A DNA stretch of 26,273 bases from Armatimonadota bacterium (GTDB lineage: Bacteria > Armatimonadota > Hebobacteria > CAIYQO01). The notes under the pieces are model-generated. The model saw only the letters and a program-made list of their open reading frames with translations, had not been told where the DNA came from and did not search any database. The stretch is taken from the NCBI GenBank assembly GCA_038248345.1, contig JBBRXO010000026.1:1-26273 (forward strand), written 5' to 3'. The position numbers were made by a program, and so were the translations under genes. Below, in pieces: positions 24,918-26,273 of the stretch (position 1 is its first letter; each line of letters opens with the position of its first letter).

Positions 24918-25988
24918 ATGAGCACACAATTATGCATCACTGGCAGTGGCCCGTTGCGCGGGGAGATTCGCGTGGCGGGGGATAAGTCTATCTCGCACCG
25001 CGGGCTGCTCTTCGGCGCGCTGGCTACCGGAGAGACTACGCTGTCGGGCTTTCTGGCGTCGGAGGATACGCGGGCTACCGCGGGGGCGTTGCGGGCGCTG
25101 GGGGTGCAGATTGATGAGGGCGAGACGGTGCGCGTGGCGGGCGTGGGCCTGCACGGGTTGCGCGCCCCCGCTGGCCCGCTGTGGATGGGCAACAGCGGCA
25201 CCACCACGCGGCTGCTGCTGGGGGTGCTGGCCGGGCAAACCTTCACCAGCGTGCTGGCCGGGGATCCCTCGCTTAGCAAGCGCCCGATGGACCGCGTACT
25301 GATACCGCTGCGACAGATGGGCGCGGTGGCGGGCGGGCAGGGGGAGAAGCATACCCCGCCGGTGACCATCACCGGGGGTGCATTGCGCCCCATCAGTTAT
25401 AATTCGCCAGTAGCCAGCGCACAGCTGAAGTCGGCCATTTTACTCGCCGGGCTGTATGCCGACGGCGTCACCACGGTGACCGAGCCGGTAAAGTCGCGCG
25501 ACCATACCGAGCGGATGCTGCGCGGTTTCGGCGTGGAGGTGGTGGAAGACGGGCTGACGGTGAGCGTGCGCGGCGGGCAACAGTTGACCGGGCGGCACGT
25601 GGCGGTGCCGGGCGACATCAGTAGCGCGGCCTTCTTCCTGGTGGCCGGGTGCATCATCCCCGGTGCCGAGATCACCGTGCGCCACGTGGGGGTGAACCCC
25701 ACCCGCGCCGGCGTGATAGACGTGCTGCAGGCGATGGGTGCCGACCTGACCATCACCAACGAGCGCGAGGAGGGCGGTGAGCCGGTGGCCGACCTCACCG
25801 TGCGCCACGGCCAGCTGCACGGGGTGGATATCGGCGGGGATATTATCCCCCGGCTGATAGACGAGCTGCCGATACTGGCGGTAGCCGCCGCCTTCGCCAC
25901 CGGCACCACGACCATCCGCGACGCCGCCGAATTGCGCGTGAAGGAGAGCGACCGCATCGTCACGGTGGGCAATTTCCTGCGCGACATG
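24918..25988 (+). CDS. aroA: EPSP synthase, first 357 codons only; the reading frame continues into unrelated sequence
   Basis: Absent from the ORF track because there is no stop before the window end. Motifs GDKSISHR, GNSGTTTR, SLSKRPMDRV, ASAQLKSA, SRDHTERML, PGDISSAAF, LIDELP and ELRVKESDRI are present. The C-terminal DHR region is absent. Confidence 0.93.
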
Positions 25989-26273
25989 GCCTCCGCAGCC
26001 AAAGCCGCCAAGAGTGCCCCGGTGTATTTGGCGCCCTTCTACGGCCCCTGGCGCCCCGCCGATGACCTGCAGGCCTGGTGGGACGCCACCCTGGCCGTGG
26101 CCACCGGCATCGACGTGATGATTCCGCAGGACGGGGCCAGCGGTCACGCCGACGCCGACGTAGACGTGCCCCATTACTTCGCCGCCATGCAGGCCGCCAC
26201 CGTAGGCCGCGGCCGCATCTTCGGCGCCACCATCGAGAGCTTTAAGCAGACCGATGGCTACCCCATCAATGGC
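25989..26273 (+). other. In-frame non-AroA coding segment resembling the DUF4434/DUF5109 glycoside-hydrolase-like TIM barrel; runs off the window
   Basis: ASAAKAAKSAPVYLAPFYG...WWDATLAVATGIDVMIPQDG...YFAAMQAA...FGATIESFKQ matches a recalled DUF4434 pattern (PV.xxPF...W...L...GID...PQDG...E.F). Confidence 0.55.

Noticed and set aside
24893..26174. Minus-strand ORFs listed in the ORF track
   Set aside because: Shadows of aroA, which the track missed because its frame has no stop inside the window.
1..26273. tRNA, rRNA, transposase, integrase or prophage genes
   Set aside because: No recognisable motifs were found by eye. A covariance-model or HMM scan would be needed to exclude them fully.

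Overview
GC-rich bacterial chromosomal window. lpxD and a GT9 heptosyltransferase point to a diderm. Its mix with Firmicute-like cinA, aspA and 'quinate 5-dehydrogenase'-family genes would fit Armatimonadota, but that is inference only. Housekeeping and metabolic genes are cimA (3' part), an acyl-CoA dehydrogenase, a rhomboid protease, aspA, a membrane diguanylate cyclase, a DUF3857/transglutaminase protein, GT9, lipA, lpxD, cinA, an SGNH hydrolase, higBA and aroA. The most interesting items are: (1) an AT-rich two-gene cassette at 1049-2797 (wHTH/Panacea-like + DUF488 protein, then a Cys-motif partner with two beta-clamp-like QxxLF motifs) directly behind an orphan, internally deleted recF 3' fragment that has a fold-back at its 5' junction, a candidate replisome-linked DNA-conflict or repair system; (2) an aroA that switches in frame after 357 codons into an unrelated DUF4434-like sequence (real fusion or chimeric join); (3) a 1025-aa protein with degenerate GGDEF, degenerate STAND-like NTPase and HEAT domains downstream of the rhomboid gene; (4) many REP/MITE-like palindromes, some nested, including an inverted pair bracketing the cinA block; (5) several apparently leaderless genes. 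No rRNA, tRNA, CRISPR array or transposase was seen. All family calls come from motif recognition by eye; no database search was run.
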